Below are positions 45,429 to 55,466 of a stretch of 64,000 bases of DNA, piece by piece. The notes under the pieces were generated by a model, which was not told the DNA's origin, searched no databases, and worked only from the letters and a program-made list of their open reading frames with translations. The DNA comes from Alphaproteobacteria bacterium. Its GTDB lineage: Bacteria; Pseudomonadota; Alphaproteobacteria; SHVV01. The DNA lies in the NCBI GenBank assembly GCA_965224275.1, contig CBDCYR010000009.1:413945-477944 (forward strand), in the 5' to 3' direction. Every line of letters begins with the position of its first letter. Positions within the stretch are counted from its first letter, which is position 1. A program made the translations under genes and the position numbers.

Positions 45429-46607
45429 TCAGTTCAGCATTAGAAGCTGCCACTTGAGATAGGCCGATTCCGGGAGTTGCGGATGAACCGGATGATCGGG
45501 TCCGGCGCCGCCCGATACGAGAATGCGGGCGCTGCGTTCAGCCGCGCTGACGCCCTGGCGTACCTCAACCGCAAAGCTTGCCGGATCGGCCAGGTGAGAG
45601 CACGAAGCTGTAAACAGCAGACCGCCGGGGGCTACAAGCCGGGCCGCGAGGCGCGCGAGCTTACGGTAACCGCGTAGTCCCTGGGCGAGTGATTTTCGCG
45701 ACTTCACAAAAGCCGGGGGGTCGCAAATCACGACATCGTAGGTTTCTCTATTTTTCGCGCGGGCCTCGAGTTCCGCGAAGACCTCACCGCGCACGAACGA
45801 ACATCTCGCTGCCAATCCATTGATCGTGGCTACCTGCGAGGCTTGCGCAATTGCTGGGGCTGAGCTGTCTATCCCAACCGTGCTCGCGGCGTTATGGCCT
45901 GCTGCCCGCGACGCAAATCCGCCGACATAGCAATAGAGATCAAGGACGCGTCGGCCCGCACATAGGGGCGCGAGCAAATCGCGAGCCGCGCGTTGGTCGA
46001 AGTACCAGCCGGTTTTTTGCCCGGCCAGCGCCTCGACGCTGAAGGTAATCCCATCCTCCGCCAATTCGAGGGGTTGATCTGCGGGCCCGCGAACCAATTC
46101 TACAGTCCGTTCGAGCCCCTCTATTTCCCGGACCGCGCTGTCGTTTCGCAAGATGATGGTCTGGGGCGAAATCACCGCATCGATGGCGGCGATGAGATCG
46201 TTCCGAAGATGTTCCATCCCAGCGGTGTTGAACTGCATCACGACTGCGTCTCCGAAGCGATCGACGATAAGACCAGGCAGGCCGTCCGCTTCCGAGTGAA
46301 CGAGACGATAGAACGGCGCATCAAAAAATCTTGTTCGTAGGTCCAGCGCGGTCGCGAGGCGGTTGCCAAGGAATCCGCGATCAACCCGCTCTTCTGCTTG
46401 CCGCGAGAGAACGCGCCCGGCGATGAGTGAGTTGCGATTGAAGGTCGCGGTGGCGACGAAGGTGCCGTGTTCGTCGACGATCGTGGCGAGCTCGCCGGAT
46501 CCAGTTGATCGCGCGGTATCGTCCATCTCGACTTCGTTCGAGTAAATCCACGGATGGCCGCGCTTAATACGGCGGCTCTCTTTGGGCTTAAGGCTGATCG
46601 TCTTCAT
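45429..46607 (-). CDS. RlmI-like SAM-dependent rRNA methyltransferase
   Basis: GHPWIYSNE, HSEADGLPGL, GQKTGWYFDQR, VLDLYCYVGGF, DPPAF, DHP. Confidence 0.9.
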   Translation of the reverse strand: MKTISLKPKESRRIKRGHPWIYSNEVEMDDTARSTGSGELATIVDEHGTFVATATFNRNSLIAGRVLSRQAEERVDRGFLGNRLATALDLRTRFFDAPFYRLVHSEADGLPGLIVDRFGDAVVMQFNTAGMEHLRNDLIAAIDAVISPQTIILRNDSAVREIEGLERTVELVRGPADQPLELAEDGITFSVEALAGQKTGWYFDQRAARDLLAPLCAGRRVLDLYCYVGGFASRAAGHNAASTVGIDSSAPAIAQASQVATINGLAARCSFVRGEVFAELEARAKNRETYDVVICDPPAFVKSRKSLAQGLRGYRKLARLAARLVAPGGLLFTASCSHLADPASFAVEVRQGVSAAERSARILVSGGAGPDHPVHPQLPESAYLKWQLLMLN

Positions 46608-46905
46608 CGTGCGACAATTTTGTGGCATGGAGGCCGAGTGGTCCGAGAGCGGACGCTCGACGAGGGCGCGTATACTGCGTTTCTCGCCGTTTATTACAAG
46701 CGGCGACCGGCATCTTTTTGATCTGCCCCAGCGATAAGGATGGTTAGGGCGAGACTATCCCACTGGGGTGCGGACAAATTATCGAACAATGGCCACAAGA
46801 AAGAACTGAACCTTGCAGCGGTGTGCGTCGGGTAGGGTTGTTCGACTTGTGTTATGGGAAGGCGGCCGTCGGGGCGACAGCGCCGGTTATGGTAGTGAGT
46901 CTGCG

Positions 46906-49233
46906 ATGAAGATAGCGGTGATTGGCGGAGGTCCGGGTGGGCTGTATTTCAGCTTGCTGATGAAAAAGGCCGATCCGGCCCACGACATTTCCGTTTACGA
47001 GCGTAACCGACCGGACGACACGTTCGGCTTTGGTGTGGTGTTCTCTGACGAGACACTCGGCAACTTTCTCACGAATGATCACGAAACCTACGAACGCATC
47101 ACACAGAAGTTTGCGTATTGGGACGAGATCGAAGTTCGCGTCAAGGGAGAGACGATATTCTCCGGTGGTCATGGATTTGCCGGGCTGTCGCGGCTGGTGC
47201 TGTTGGAGATCCTGCAGCAGCGTTGCACCGAACTCGGTGTCGAGATGCATTTCCAGCGCGAGATAGAACATCTCGATCAATTCCCCGACGCCGATCTCAT
47301 CGTCGCTTGTGACGGGATCAACAGCGGCATACGCGAGCGCTACAAAGCCGAATTCAAACCAATCTTCGATTGGCGAAAGAACAGATTCTGCTGGCTCGGG
47401 ACAACCAAGTTCTTTCCCGCGTTCCGCTTCAGTTTTCGCGAAACCGAGCATGGTGTGTTTTTCTTCGGCGGCTATAGCTATGACGATGGTTACGCGACGG
47501 TGGTCCCTGAATGTACTGAGGAAACTTGGCTAAACGCGGGTCTCGATCAAGCTAGCGAAGACGATACCTGCCGGTTCCTGGAGGGTGTCTTTGCGGACGA
47601 TCTTGACGGTCATCCGCTGCTTAAGAATCGGTCGCTGTGGCGTAACTTCCCGACGATCCGCAACGAGAACTGGTATCACAAGAATATCGTCCTGCTCGGC
47701 GACGCGCTCCACACCGCGCACTACTCGATTGGATCGGGCACCAAGCTGGCGATGGAGGATGCGATTGCGCTTGCGTCCTCGTGCGAACGCTTCCCGAACG
47801 ACGTCTGCTCGGCGCTTGCAGATTTTGAAGCAACCCGACGTGATGAGGTTGAGAAAACCCAATGGGCGGCGGATTTCAGCTTGGTGTGGTGCGAGCAGAT
47901 TCAGCGCTATTGGCATCTTGAGCCGATGCAATTCGCCTTCAGCTTGTTGTCGCGTAGCAAGCAAATCACCTACGAGAACCTGAAATTGCGCGACGAGGCC
48001 TACATCGATCGAATCGATCGCTGGTGGGCCGAGAAGATCGAGCGCGACCAGGGCACCGCGATTACCGGTGATCGACCGCCACCGCCAATCTTCACGCCGT
48101 TTCGACTGCGCGAACTGGTGGTCGACAACCGCATCGTCGTCTCACCGATGGACCAATACTGCGCGGTCGAAGGAACGCCGACCGACTGGCATTTTGTGCA
48201 CCTCGGCAGCCGCGCCATTGGCGGGGCGGGCATCGTCAGCACCGAGATGGCGTGCGTTTCGAAGGAAGGGCGCATTACGCCCGGCTGCGCTGGGATGTAT
48301 GAGCCCGAGCACCTGGACGCATGGCACCGGATCGTTGCCTTTGTTCACGCCAACAGCCGCGCAAAAATGATGATTCAACTCGGCCACTGCGGCCGCAAAG
48401 GATCAACCGCGATCGGGTGGGAGGGGATGGACGAACCGCTGCCCGACGCGAGCGCCAACTGGGCACTTTATTCGGCGTCGCCGATCGTCTATTCGCCCAT
48501 CAATCAGGTTCCGACCGAAATCGATGCGGCGAAGATGGCTGAGATTTGCGACCAATTCGTCCGCTCGGCAAAGATGGCCGACGCCGCCGAGTTCGACATT
48601 CTCGAACTCCACATGGCGCACGGCTATTTGCTATCGAGTTTCATCTCGCCGCTCACCAATATTCGCACCGATGCCTATGGCGGTACGCTTGCCAATCGTA
48701 TGCGCTACCCGCTCGAAGTCTTCGATCGTGTCCGTGCCGTGTGGCCCGAGGGCAAGCCGATGTCGGTGCGAATTTCGGCGACTGATTGGGTGGAAGACGG
48801 TGGCTTCACCAGCGATGACGCGGTTGAAATCTCAAAGATGTTGACCGACCACGGGTGCGACATCATTGATGTATCGTCGGGACAGACCACCAAACAGGCC
48901 GACCCCCGCTACGGACGGATGTTTCAGACGCCGTTTTCAGATCAAGTGCGCCAGGAAGTTGGTTGCGCGACGATTGCGGTGGGCAACATAACCAGCGCCG
49001 ATCAAGCGAACACCATCGTTGCCGCCGGCCGAGCCGATCTGGTGGCGCTGGGCCGACCCCACCTTAACGATCCCTATTTCACTCTCCACGCCGCCGCGCA
49101 TTATGGTCACGAGGATCAATGGTGGCCCAACCCGTATCTGAGCAGCAAAGAGCAGACGCATCGCTTGGCCGAGCGGGCGCGTATCGAAGAACGGCTGGCG
49201 CGGAGCCAGCAAGCGGCGACGCCCGACGATTAG
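46906..49233 (+). CDS. Bifunctional anthraniloyl-CoA monooxygenase/reductase or salicylyl-CoA 5-hydroxylase
   Basis: GGGPGGLYF, TFGFGVVFSD, GDALHTAHYSIGSGTKLAMEDA, then an OYE domain (NRIVVSPM, ELHMAHGYLL). Confidence 0.92.
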   Translation: MKIAVIGGGPGGLYFSLLMKKADPAHDISVYERNRPDDTFGFGVVFSDETLGNFLTNDHETYERITQKFAYWDEIEVRVKGETIFSGGHGFAGLSRLVLLEILQQRCTELGVEMHFQREIEHLDQFPDADLIVACDGINSGIRERYKAEFKPIFDWRKNRFCWLGTTKFFPAFRFSFRETEHGVFFFGGYSYDDGYATVVPECTEETWLNAGLDQASEDDTCRFLEGVFADDLDGHPLLKNRSLWRNFPTIRNENWYHKNIVLLGDALHTAHYSIGSGTKLAMEDAIALASSCERFPNDVCSALADFEATRRDEVEKTQWAADFSLVWCEQIQRYWHLEPMQFAFSLLSRSKQITYENLKLRDEAYIDRIDRWWAEKIERDQGTAITGDRPPPPIFTPFRLRELVVDNRIVVSPMDQYCAVEGTPTDWHFVHLGSRAIGGAGIVSTEMACVSKEGRITPGCAGMYEPEHLDAWHRIVAFVHANSRAKMMIQLGHCGRKGSTAIGWEGMDEPLPDASANWALYSASPIVYSPINQVPTEIDAAKMAEICDQFVRSAKMADAAEFDILELHMAHGYLLSSFISPLTNIRTDAYGGTLANRMRYPLEVFDRVRAVWPEGKPMSVRISATDWVEDGGFTSDDAVEISKMLTDHGCDIIDVSSGQTTKQADPRYGRMFQTPFSDQVRQEVGCATIAVGNITSADQANTIVAAGRADLVALGRPHLNDPYFTLHAAAHYGHEDQWWPNPYLSSKEQTHRLAERARIEERLARSQQAATPDD

Positions 49234-49269
49234 ACGGTAGCGCCATTGGCGTCGTTTCGTATTAGAGTC

Positions 49270-49308
49270 TCAACCATCCTAGTGGATTCCATCCACTAGG
49301 ATAGTTGA
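49270..49308. repeat. Palindrome containing the collapsed MITE-end motif CTAGTGGATTCCATCCACTAG
   Basis: TCAACCATCCTAGTGGAT-TCC-ATCCACTAGGATAGTTGA; 18-bp arms with one mismatch. Confidence 0.8.
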
Positions 49309-49359
49309 TTGCGGCGGATCGAGGCTCGTCCTTGCATAGCGGGGATCAGTGAATATCGA

Positions 49360-50691
49360 ATGATCGGGTCGGACGCATATATCGCTGCCAATCGCTTTGG
49401 CCTCGGCGCCAACGGCCGGGACATGGCGGTTATCGCGTCGGATCCCCGCGCCTGGTTGCGCCAACAACTCGCGATTTCGCAATCACTATCACCGCATCTC
49501 AGCGGACTCGAGGCTGCCGCAACCAATCTTCTGAAGTTCTATGCAGCCCAGCAAAACGGTGCAGCTGAGATCCAGACGCTCTTTCAAACCACCTATCGAG
49601 AGATCTATTTTCGCGAAGTGATCGCCCGCACCCAGGCCATGATGGGTAGCGAAAGTCCGTTCCGCGAGCGGCTGGTGATGTTCTGGAGCAACCATTTTAC
49701 CGTGTCCGCGACTCGGCCCATCGTCGCCGCGCTGGCCGGCGCTTTCGAACGCGAAGCAATCCGGCCGCATGTCACCGGTCGTTTTGCCGACATGCTCGTG
49801 GCCGCGACCAAGCATCCGGCAATGATCCTCTACCTCGACAATGCCCTGTCAATCGGCCCAAATTCTCGTGCCGGTCGCTTCCTCAATCGTGGGCTTAATG
49901 AGAATCTAGCGCGCGAGATACTCGAGCTGCATACGCTTGGAGTCGACGCAGGCTACGGCCAGCACGATGTGCTTGCGCTGGCGAAATTGATCACGGGCTG
50001 GAGCCTCGCTCGACCTGGCCGCCAACCCAATCCCGGCCAATTTCATTTTCATCTGCGCGCCCACGAACCGGGCGCAAAGGTTTTGTTGGGGACCACCTAC
50101 GATCAGGGCGGGATCGAGGAGGGCGAAGCAGCGCTCCACGCTTTGGCACGGCATCCGGCGACCGCGCATCATATTGCGCGCAAGTTTGCCCGCCATTTCG
50201 TCGCTGACGAACCGGCTGAAGCGCTGGTCCGCGACCTCTCGGGCATATTTACCGAATCAGACGGTGATCTCTCGGCGTTGGCCGAAGCGGTGATCGATCG
50301 TCCTGACGCCTGGCGCGAGCCGCACGCCAAATATAAGACGCCCTACGAATTCGCCCTATCGGTGCTGCGCGCAACGGGATTTTCGGGCAACCCCCGACGC
50401 CTGGTCGGATCGTTCAACGAGCTCGGTCAGTTGCCATTTCGGGCGCCCTCACCGGCCGGCTGGCCGGATGTCGCCACCGCGTGGGCCGGACCCGAAGCCG
50501 TTGTGCGGCGGGCCGAGTGGTCGTTGGCTGTTGCGCATCGGGTGGCCGGTAGCGCCCAGCCGCTTCGACTGTTGGACACGACTCTGGGGCCGCTTGCCTC
50601 GGTGCGCACCCGCCAAGCGGTTGAGAGCGCAGAAAGCCCCGCCCGCGGCGTTGCGCTGTTGTTTGCGAGCCCTGAATTTCAGAGGCGATGA
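49360..50691 (+). CDS. DUF1800-family protein
   Basis: ANRFGLG, ERLVMFWSNHF, YLDN, NENLAREILELHTLG, SPEFQRR. Confidence 0.92.
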   Translation: MIGSDAYIAANRFGLGANGRDMAVIASDPRAWLRQQLAISQSLSPHLSGLEAAATNLLKFYAAQQNGAAEIQTLFQTTYREIYFREVIARTQAMMGSESPFRERLVMFWSNHFTVSATRPIVAALAGAFEREAIRPHVTGRFADMLVAATKHPAMILYLDNALSIGPNSRAGRFLNRGLNENLAREILELHTLGVDAGYGQHDVLALAKLITGWSLARPGRQPNPGQFHFHLRAHEPGAKVLLGTTYDQGGIEEGEAALHALARHPATAHHIARKFARHFVADEPAEALVRDLSGIFTESDGDLSALAEAVIDRPDAWREPHAKYKTPYEFALSVLRATGFSGNPRRLVGSFNELGQLPFRAPSPAGWPDVATAWAGPEAVVRRAEWSLAVAHRVAGSAQPLRLLDTTLGPLASVRTRQAVESAESPARGVALLFASPEFQRR

Positions 50692-51920
50692 CGATGATGG
50701 GAAACCCGCTCTCCCGACGCCGCGTGTTGCAGAGTACCGCTGCTTTGGCGGCGACCAGCGCTCTGGCGAGTATTGGCCGGTCCGCGCGCGCTGACACAGA
50801 TAAAGAGAAACGGCTCGTTGTTATCTTCTTGCGTGGTGGTCTCGACGGTTTGGCCGCAGCGCCGCCGTTTGGCGATCCTGCTTATCGTGCAACCCGTTCG
50901 AACCTGGCACTGGCGCCACCCGGTGAGGCGGACGGCATCATCGACCTTGATGGGTTCTTTGGCCTTCATCCGACGCTATCACCGCTACTGCCGTTCTATC
51001 GTCGGGGTGAACTCCTGATTGTGCATGCGCTCGCCAGTACGCATCGGGGCCGCTCGCATTTCGACGCCCAGAATCTGATCGAGAACGGCACGGCAATACC
51101 TTATGGCGCCGAAGACGGATGGCTCAATCGGGCGCTTGGTTTGCTTGATGCCAAAGGACACAAGCTCGGCTTGGCCGTCGGTGCGGGCATCCCCCTGCTG
51201 ATCCGTGGCGATACCCCGATCGCCACCTGGTCGCCAACCATCCTGCCGGCCGCAGATGCGGGCTTTCTCATGCAACTGGCCAATCTCTACGCTGAAGATC
51301 CGTTGCTGGGCCCAGCCTTGGCGGAGGGAATCAACGCCCAGGGCACCGCGGCCAATTTGATGGATGACAGCCGTGGCGGGGCGGCCGGTGCCCGGCGGGG
51401 CTTGAAAGCGTTTCAAGTCAATGTTCGTGCCGCCGGTGAGTTGCTCGCCGCATCGGCGGGACCGCGAGTCGCCGTGCTCGAGTTGGGTGGTTGGGATACG
51501 CATGCTTTGCAAGGAACCACCGACGGTCGCTTGAACTACTACCTCGAGGCCCTGGCGGAAAGCCTGGTCACGTTGCGCGCGGCGCTTGCCGACGCGTGGC
51601 AGTCTTCCGTGGTTTTGGTGATGACGGAGTTTGGCCGCACTGTCGCACCGAACGGGACCGGGGGCACCGACCACGGAACCGGCGGTGCTGCTCTGCTCGC
51701 CGGCGGTGCCGTTGCCGGCGGACGTGTCGTGTCCGATTGGCCGGGACTCGCCGACGACCAGCTGTTGGAGGGGCGGGACCTGCGACCGACGATCGAAACC
51801 AGAGCCGTCTTCAAGGGGCTGCTGCGCGACCAACTCGGCGTGGCGGAATCCGCTATCGAAGATTACGTATTTCCGCAAAGTCGTGGGGTTCACCCATTGC
51901 CCGGGCTGGTCAGGCTCTAA
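50688..51920 (+). CDS. DUF1501-family protein (Tat signal)
   Basis: SRRRVL, LRGGLDGL, RSHFDAQ, GGWDTH, TEFGRT, GTDHG; usual partner of DUF1800. Confidence 0.92.
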   Translation: MTMMGNPLSRRRVLQSTAALAATSALASIGRSARADTDKEKRLVVIFLRGGLDGLAAAPPFGDPAYRATRSNLALAPPGEADGIIDLDGFFGLHPTLSPLLPFYRRGELLIVHALASTHRGRSHFDAQNLIENGTAIPYGAEDGWLNRALGLLDAKGHKLGLAVGAGIPLLIRGDTPIATWSPTILPAADAGFLMQLANLYAEDPLLGPALAEGINAQGTAANLMDDSRGGAAGARRGLKAFQVNVRAAGELLAASAGPRVAVLELGGWDTHALQGTTDGRLNYYLEALAESLVTLRAALADAWQSSVVLVMTEFGRTVAPNGTGGTDHGTGGAALLAGGAVAGGRVVSDWPGLADDQLLEGRDLRPTIETRAVFKGLLRDQLGVAESAIEDYVFPQSRGVHPLPGLVRL

Positions 51921-51992
51921 CCGAATCGTTGAAGTCGACCCGCAAGTCGCGCACATTGTCGCGCCTGGAAATTACGTTTGGCCGATCACAAC

Positions 51993-52217
51993 ATGGCGCA
52001 ACTTCTGCATTTCGTCTTTGGCGGCAAAGTGAAGGATCCCCGCGGGGTAGATTTCACCAACCTGAACACGCTGGAGTTGGTCGGCGTGTTTCCTAATTAC
52101 CAGACGGCCTATGAAGCGTGGCGCGGCAAAAGCCAGGCGTCGATCGATGATGCCTTCACCAAATATGTCATTGTCCACCTGCATCGGATGTTCGAGCCGG
52201 AGATTTCCGAGGACTGA
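51993..52217 (+). CDS. DUF4170-family protein
   Basis: LLHFVFGG.V.D...F..L..L..VG.FPNY..A..AWR..Q..DDA..Y.IVHLHR. Confidence 0.85.
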   Translation: MAQLLHFVFGGKVKDPRGVDFTNLNTLELVGVFPNYQTAYEAWRGKSQASIDDAFTKYVIVHLHRMFEPEISED

Positions 52218-52453
52218 GGCCAAAGATAGTTGGGCAACCGCGTGATGTTGGTTCCCAGATCTGTGCGGCTCGTTGGGTGAGGGGACTATTGAAAAGGGCG
52301 AGTGGCCTGGTTAGTTGCGGTTTCTACGCCTCCGGCTAATGGCGTCCATGGAGGCGGTGGGCAGCGTCGACCGTGGTTTGCCACGATTAAACCCCTTGGG
52401 CATACTCGCGCGCCGTTAAGACGCGCGGCAATCACCACCATGAGGACAGTTCG

Positions 52454-54046
52454 ATGCGCAATTTCCAGTTGCCGGGACGGTCGACCGTCCACGCCCAGAA
52501 TGGCGTTGCCGCGACATCCCATCCCCTGGCGACACTTGCGGCAATCGATACGTTGAAGCGGGGCGGCAATGCCATCGACGCAGCGGTTACGGCAGGGGCG
52601 GTGCTGGCGGTCGTCGAGCCCCAATCAACCGGTATCGGTGGCGATTGCTTCTTGCTGTATGCCAAGGGCGGTGGCAGCGATGTGGTCGGTCTCAATGGTT
52701 CGGGCCAGGCTCCGGCGGCGGCGGCAACCGAGTGGTATATCGAGCAGGGGTTTGACCATATTCCGTTTATGCACAGTCCCCATTGCGTCACCGTACCGGG
52801 TGCGATCGATGCCTGGGATCGCCTGCTCAAAGACCATGGAACACAAACCCTCGGTGAGGTTCTGGCGCCGGCTATCGACTACGCTGTCAACGGATTTGCG
52901 GTGGCCCCGCGCGTCGCCCACGACTGGGAGCGTTCGGTCGAGAAGCTATCGTGGGATGCCACGACCAGAGCCGTTTATCTACCCGGTGGCGAGGCGCCGC
53001 GGATCGGCGACATCCACAAACAAGAACGCCTGGGTGAGACCCTCCAGGCGATCGCCGAGGGCGGGCGCGATGCGTTCTATAGCGGCGACATCGCGCGCGA
53101 CATGGTCGACTATTTGAACGGGCTCGGTGGGTTGCACACCTTGGATGATTTTGCCGCGTGCCAAGCGACCTATGTGACACCGATTTCGACCACCTATCGG
53201 GGCCACGAGGTGTTGCAGATTCCGCCCAACGGCCAAGGCATCACGGTATTGCTGATGCTCAACATGCTTGCCGATTTCGATCTGGCGGCGCTCGATCCGC
53301 TCGGCGTCGAGCGCTTGCACCTTGAGGCCGAAGCGACGCGCCTCGCCTATCGCATGCGTGATTCGATGATTGCTGACCCGGCTCAGGCCGAAGTCCCGAT
53401 TGACGAGATCCTATCGCCTGAATTTGCCGATAAATTACGCGCCAATATCAACCGCGGCAAAGCGCTGAACGACTGGGATGTAATGAACATCCCGCTGCAC
53501 GAAGACACCATCTACCTCAGCGTGGTCGACAAAGATCGCAATACGGTGTCCTTCATCAACTCCCTATTTGCCGGATTCGGTTCGGGCTTAACAGCGCCTC
53601 AAAGCGGTGTCCTGCTTCAGAATCGAGGCTCCGGATTTGTCGTCGACCCAACCCACCCCAACGCGATCGCGCCGGGAAAACGGCCATTTCATACGATTAT
53701 CCCGGGTATGGTGCGCAAAGACGGACGGGCCTATATGTCCTACGGCGTGATGGGCGGGCACTTCCAACCGGTCGGCCATACCCATCTGCTGACCAATGTC
53801 ATCGATTATGGAATGGACCTGCAAGAAGGTCTTGATCTCGCCCGTGGATTCCACTTTGGCGGAGAATTTCTGCTCGAGGCAGGAATCAGTGACGATGTTG
53901 CCCAAGGTCTCGCCGATCTCGGCCACAACATCGCGCGCACGGACTGGCCGCAGGGCGGCGGGCAAGCGATCCGTCTGCACTGGGATCAAGGCACCCTGGA
54001 GGCCGGGTCGGAGCCTCGCAAGGACGGCTGTGCGCTCGGCTATTGA
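52454..54046 (+). CDS. ggt: Gamma-glutamyltransferase family protein
   Basis: GGNAIDAA, GIGGD, VPGA, DTIYLSVVD (Thr nucleophile), KRPFHTIIP, PRKDG. Confidence 0.92.
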   Translation: MRNFQLPGRSTVHAQNGVAATSHPLATLAAIDTLKRGGNAIDAAVTAGAVLAVVEPQSTGIGGDCFLLYAKGGGSDVVGLNGSGQAPAAAATEWYIEQGFDHIPFMHSPHCVTVPGAIDAWDRLLKDHGTQTLGEVLAPAIDYAVNGFAVAPRVAHDWERSVEKLSWDATTRAVYLPGGEAPRIGDIHKQERLGETLQAIAEGGRDAFYSGDIARDMVDYLNGLGGLHTLDDFAACQATYVTPISTTYRGHEVLQIPPNGQGITVLLMLNMLADFDLAALDPLGVERLHLEAEATRLAYRMRDSMIADPAQAEVPIDEILSPEFADKLRANINRGKALNDWDVMNIPLHEDTIYLSVVDKDRNTVSFINSLFAGFGSGLTAPQSGVLLQNRGSGFVVDPTHPNAIAPGKRPFHTIIPGMVRKDGRAYMSYGVMGGHFQPVGHTHLLTNVIDYGMDLQEGLDLARGFHFGGEFLLEAGISDDVAQGLADLGHNIARTDWPQGGGQAIRLHWDQGTLEAGSEPRKDGCALGY

Positions 54047-54058
54047 GGCACGCTCGTT

Positions 54059-54352
54059 CTAGGTTTCAGGCGTGCTCTTGATCAGATTAGGGCGCGAACG
54101 CCAGCCGTTGCCGGCGACCTCCGCACAGCTACGCCCTTGAGGAGTGGTAACGATCAGGGTCCAAGACCCATTTCGCGAAACCAGGACCTCCACCCGATTG
54201 CCTGCGGCCGTCGTGCCGGACGCGGTGGGCACCTCACGATAGGTATCGCGCAGATACTCTATGAGATCGTTATGCGGTGCACAGAGTGTTTCAGCGGACG
54301 CCGATTCAATCGAAAATACCAGTACTGGTAGAAACGTAACGACGCGAAGCAT
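54059..54352 (-). CDS. Small exported hypothetical protein (two Cys)
   Basis: Signal peptide then CAPH..L...L...Y.E.P...G, GSWT, SC..AG.GW, a pattern common in alphaproteobacteria. Confidence 0.7.
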   Translation of the reverse strand: MLRVVTFLPVLVFSIESASAETLCAPHNDLIEYLRDTYREVPTASGTTAAGNRVEVLVSRNGSWTLIVTTPQGRSCAEVAGNGWRSRPNLIKSTPET

Positions 54353-54482
54353 TGGTCTTCCCTTTCAATCGTACGTTTCCTCTCCTGAAGGGCTTCTTGC
54401 TTGAGCCGTTTCATTTGTTTTGTTATCGGAAAAATATACTGATTCAAAGGGGTTATGACAATAGCGTCGTAGATGGCGCCCG

Positions 54483-55466
54483 CTAGAGAGCTTCGTAGGT
54501 GCCGGCTTCGCGTGCGCGGCATACTACCAATGCGTGTATTAAATCGATCGTCGGCGTGGCGACGTCAACCCGCCGGCCGAGCTCCTGAACCGCGGTTACC
54601 AACGCATCTATTTCCATCGGCCGGCCGCGTTCAAGGTCTTGCATCATCGAGGTTTTATGGGCGCCGACATCAGCGGCACCTTGCATTCGCTTGTCGACAT
54701 CGATGGGAAAGCTGATGCCGAGTTTCTCAGCGATGGTTTGAGCTTCTATCATCATGGCGCGCGCCACCGTGCGCGTGGCGGGATCGGTGGCCATGGTTTC
54801 GAGCGTGGCATGGGTGAGCACGCTGATCGGGTTGAACGTCAAGTTGCCCCACAGCTTCATCCAAATTTCAGCTCGAATATTGGGCCTCACGGGGGCGCGA
54901 AACCCGGCCCCAACCAATATTTTCGCCAAGTGCTGAATACGCTCTGAACGGCTGCCATCGGGTTCACCGAGGGTGAAGCGGTCGCCGTCGACGTGCTGGA
55001 TGACGCCGGGTTCGACAACCTCACAGGCCGGGTAAACGACACAGCCGATGGCCCGCTCGGGGCCCAACAAATCCCACAAGCGGCCGCCGGGGTCGACACT
55101 TTCGAGGCGGGTGTCCTGCAGCGGCCCTGGAAACGCATAGAAATACCACCACGGGACGCCATTAACCGCGAAGATGATCGCGGTATCAGGGCCAAGCAGC
55201 GGCTGCATCGGTTCGGCCATAGCGGCAATGGAATGCGCCTTGAGGGTGACGAACACGTAATCCTGGGGTCCGGCGTCGGCCGGGTCGTTGGTTGCGGTCG
55301 GGGTGGCGTGACGCTCCTCGCCGCCAATACGAAGCCGCAAACCATCTTTCTGCATCGCGGCGAGGTGCGGCCCGCGTGCGATCAGGGTGACATCTTCGCC
55401 CGCGAGACTGAGACCCGCCCCCAGGTAGCCCCCGATGGCGCCGGCTCCGACGATGCCTATTTTCAC
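54483..55466 (-). CDS. Ketopantoate reductase-family enzyme (PanE2/oxalyl-CoA reductase-like)
   Basis: GAGAIGG, NGVPWWYF, W.KLWGN..FNP, HKTSMMQD, EIDA. Confidence 0.88.
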   Translation of the reverse strand: MKIGIVGAGAIGGYLGAGLSLAGEDVTLIARGPHLAAMQKDGLRLRIGGEERHATPTATNDPADAGPQDYVFVTLKAHSIAAMAEPMQPLLGPDTAIIFAVNGVPWWYFYAFPGPLQDTRLESVDPGGRLWDLLGPERAIGCVVYPACEVVEPGVIQHVDGDRFTLGEPDGSRSERIQHLAKILVGAGFRAPVRPNIRAEIWMKLWGNLTFNPISVLTHATLETMATDPATRTVARAMMIEAQTIAEKLGISFPIDVDKRMQGAADVGAHKTSMMQDLERGRPMEIDALVTAVQELGRRVDVATPTIDLIHALVVCRAREAGTYEAL

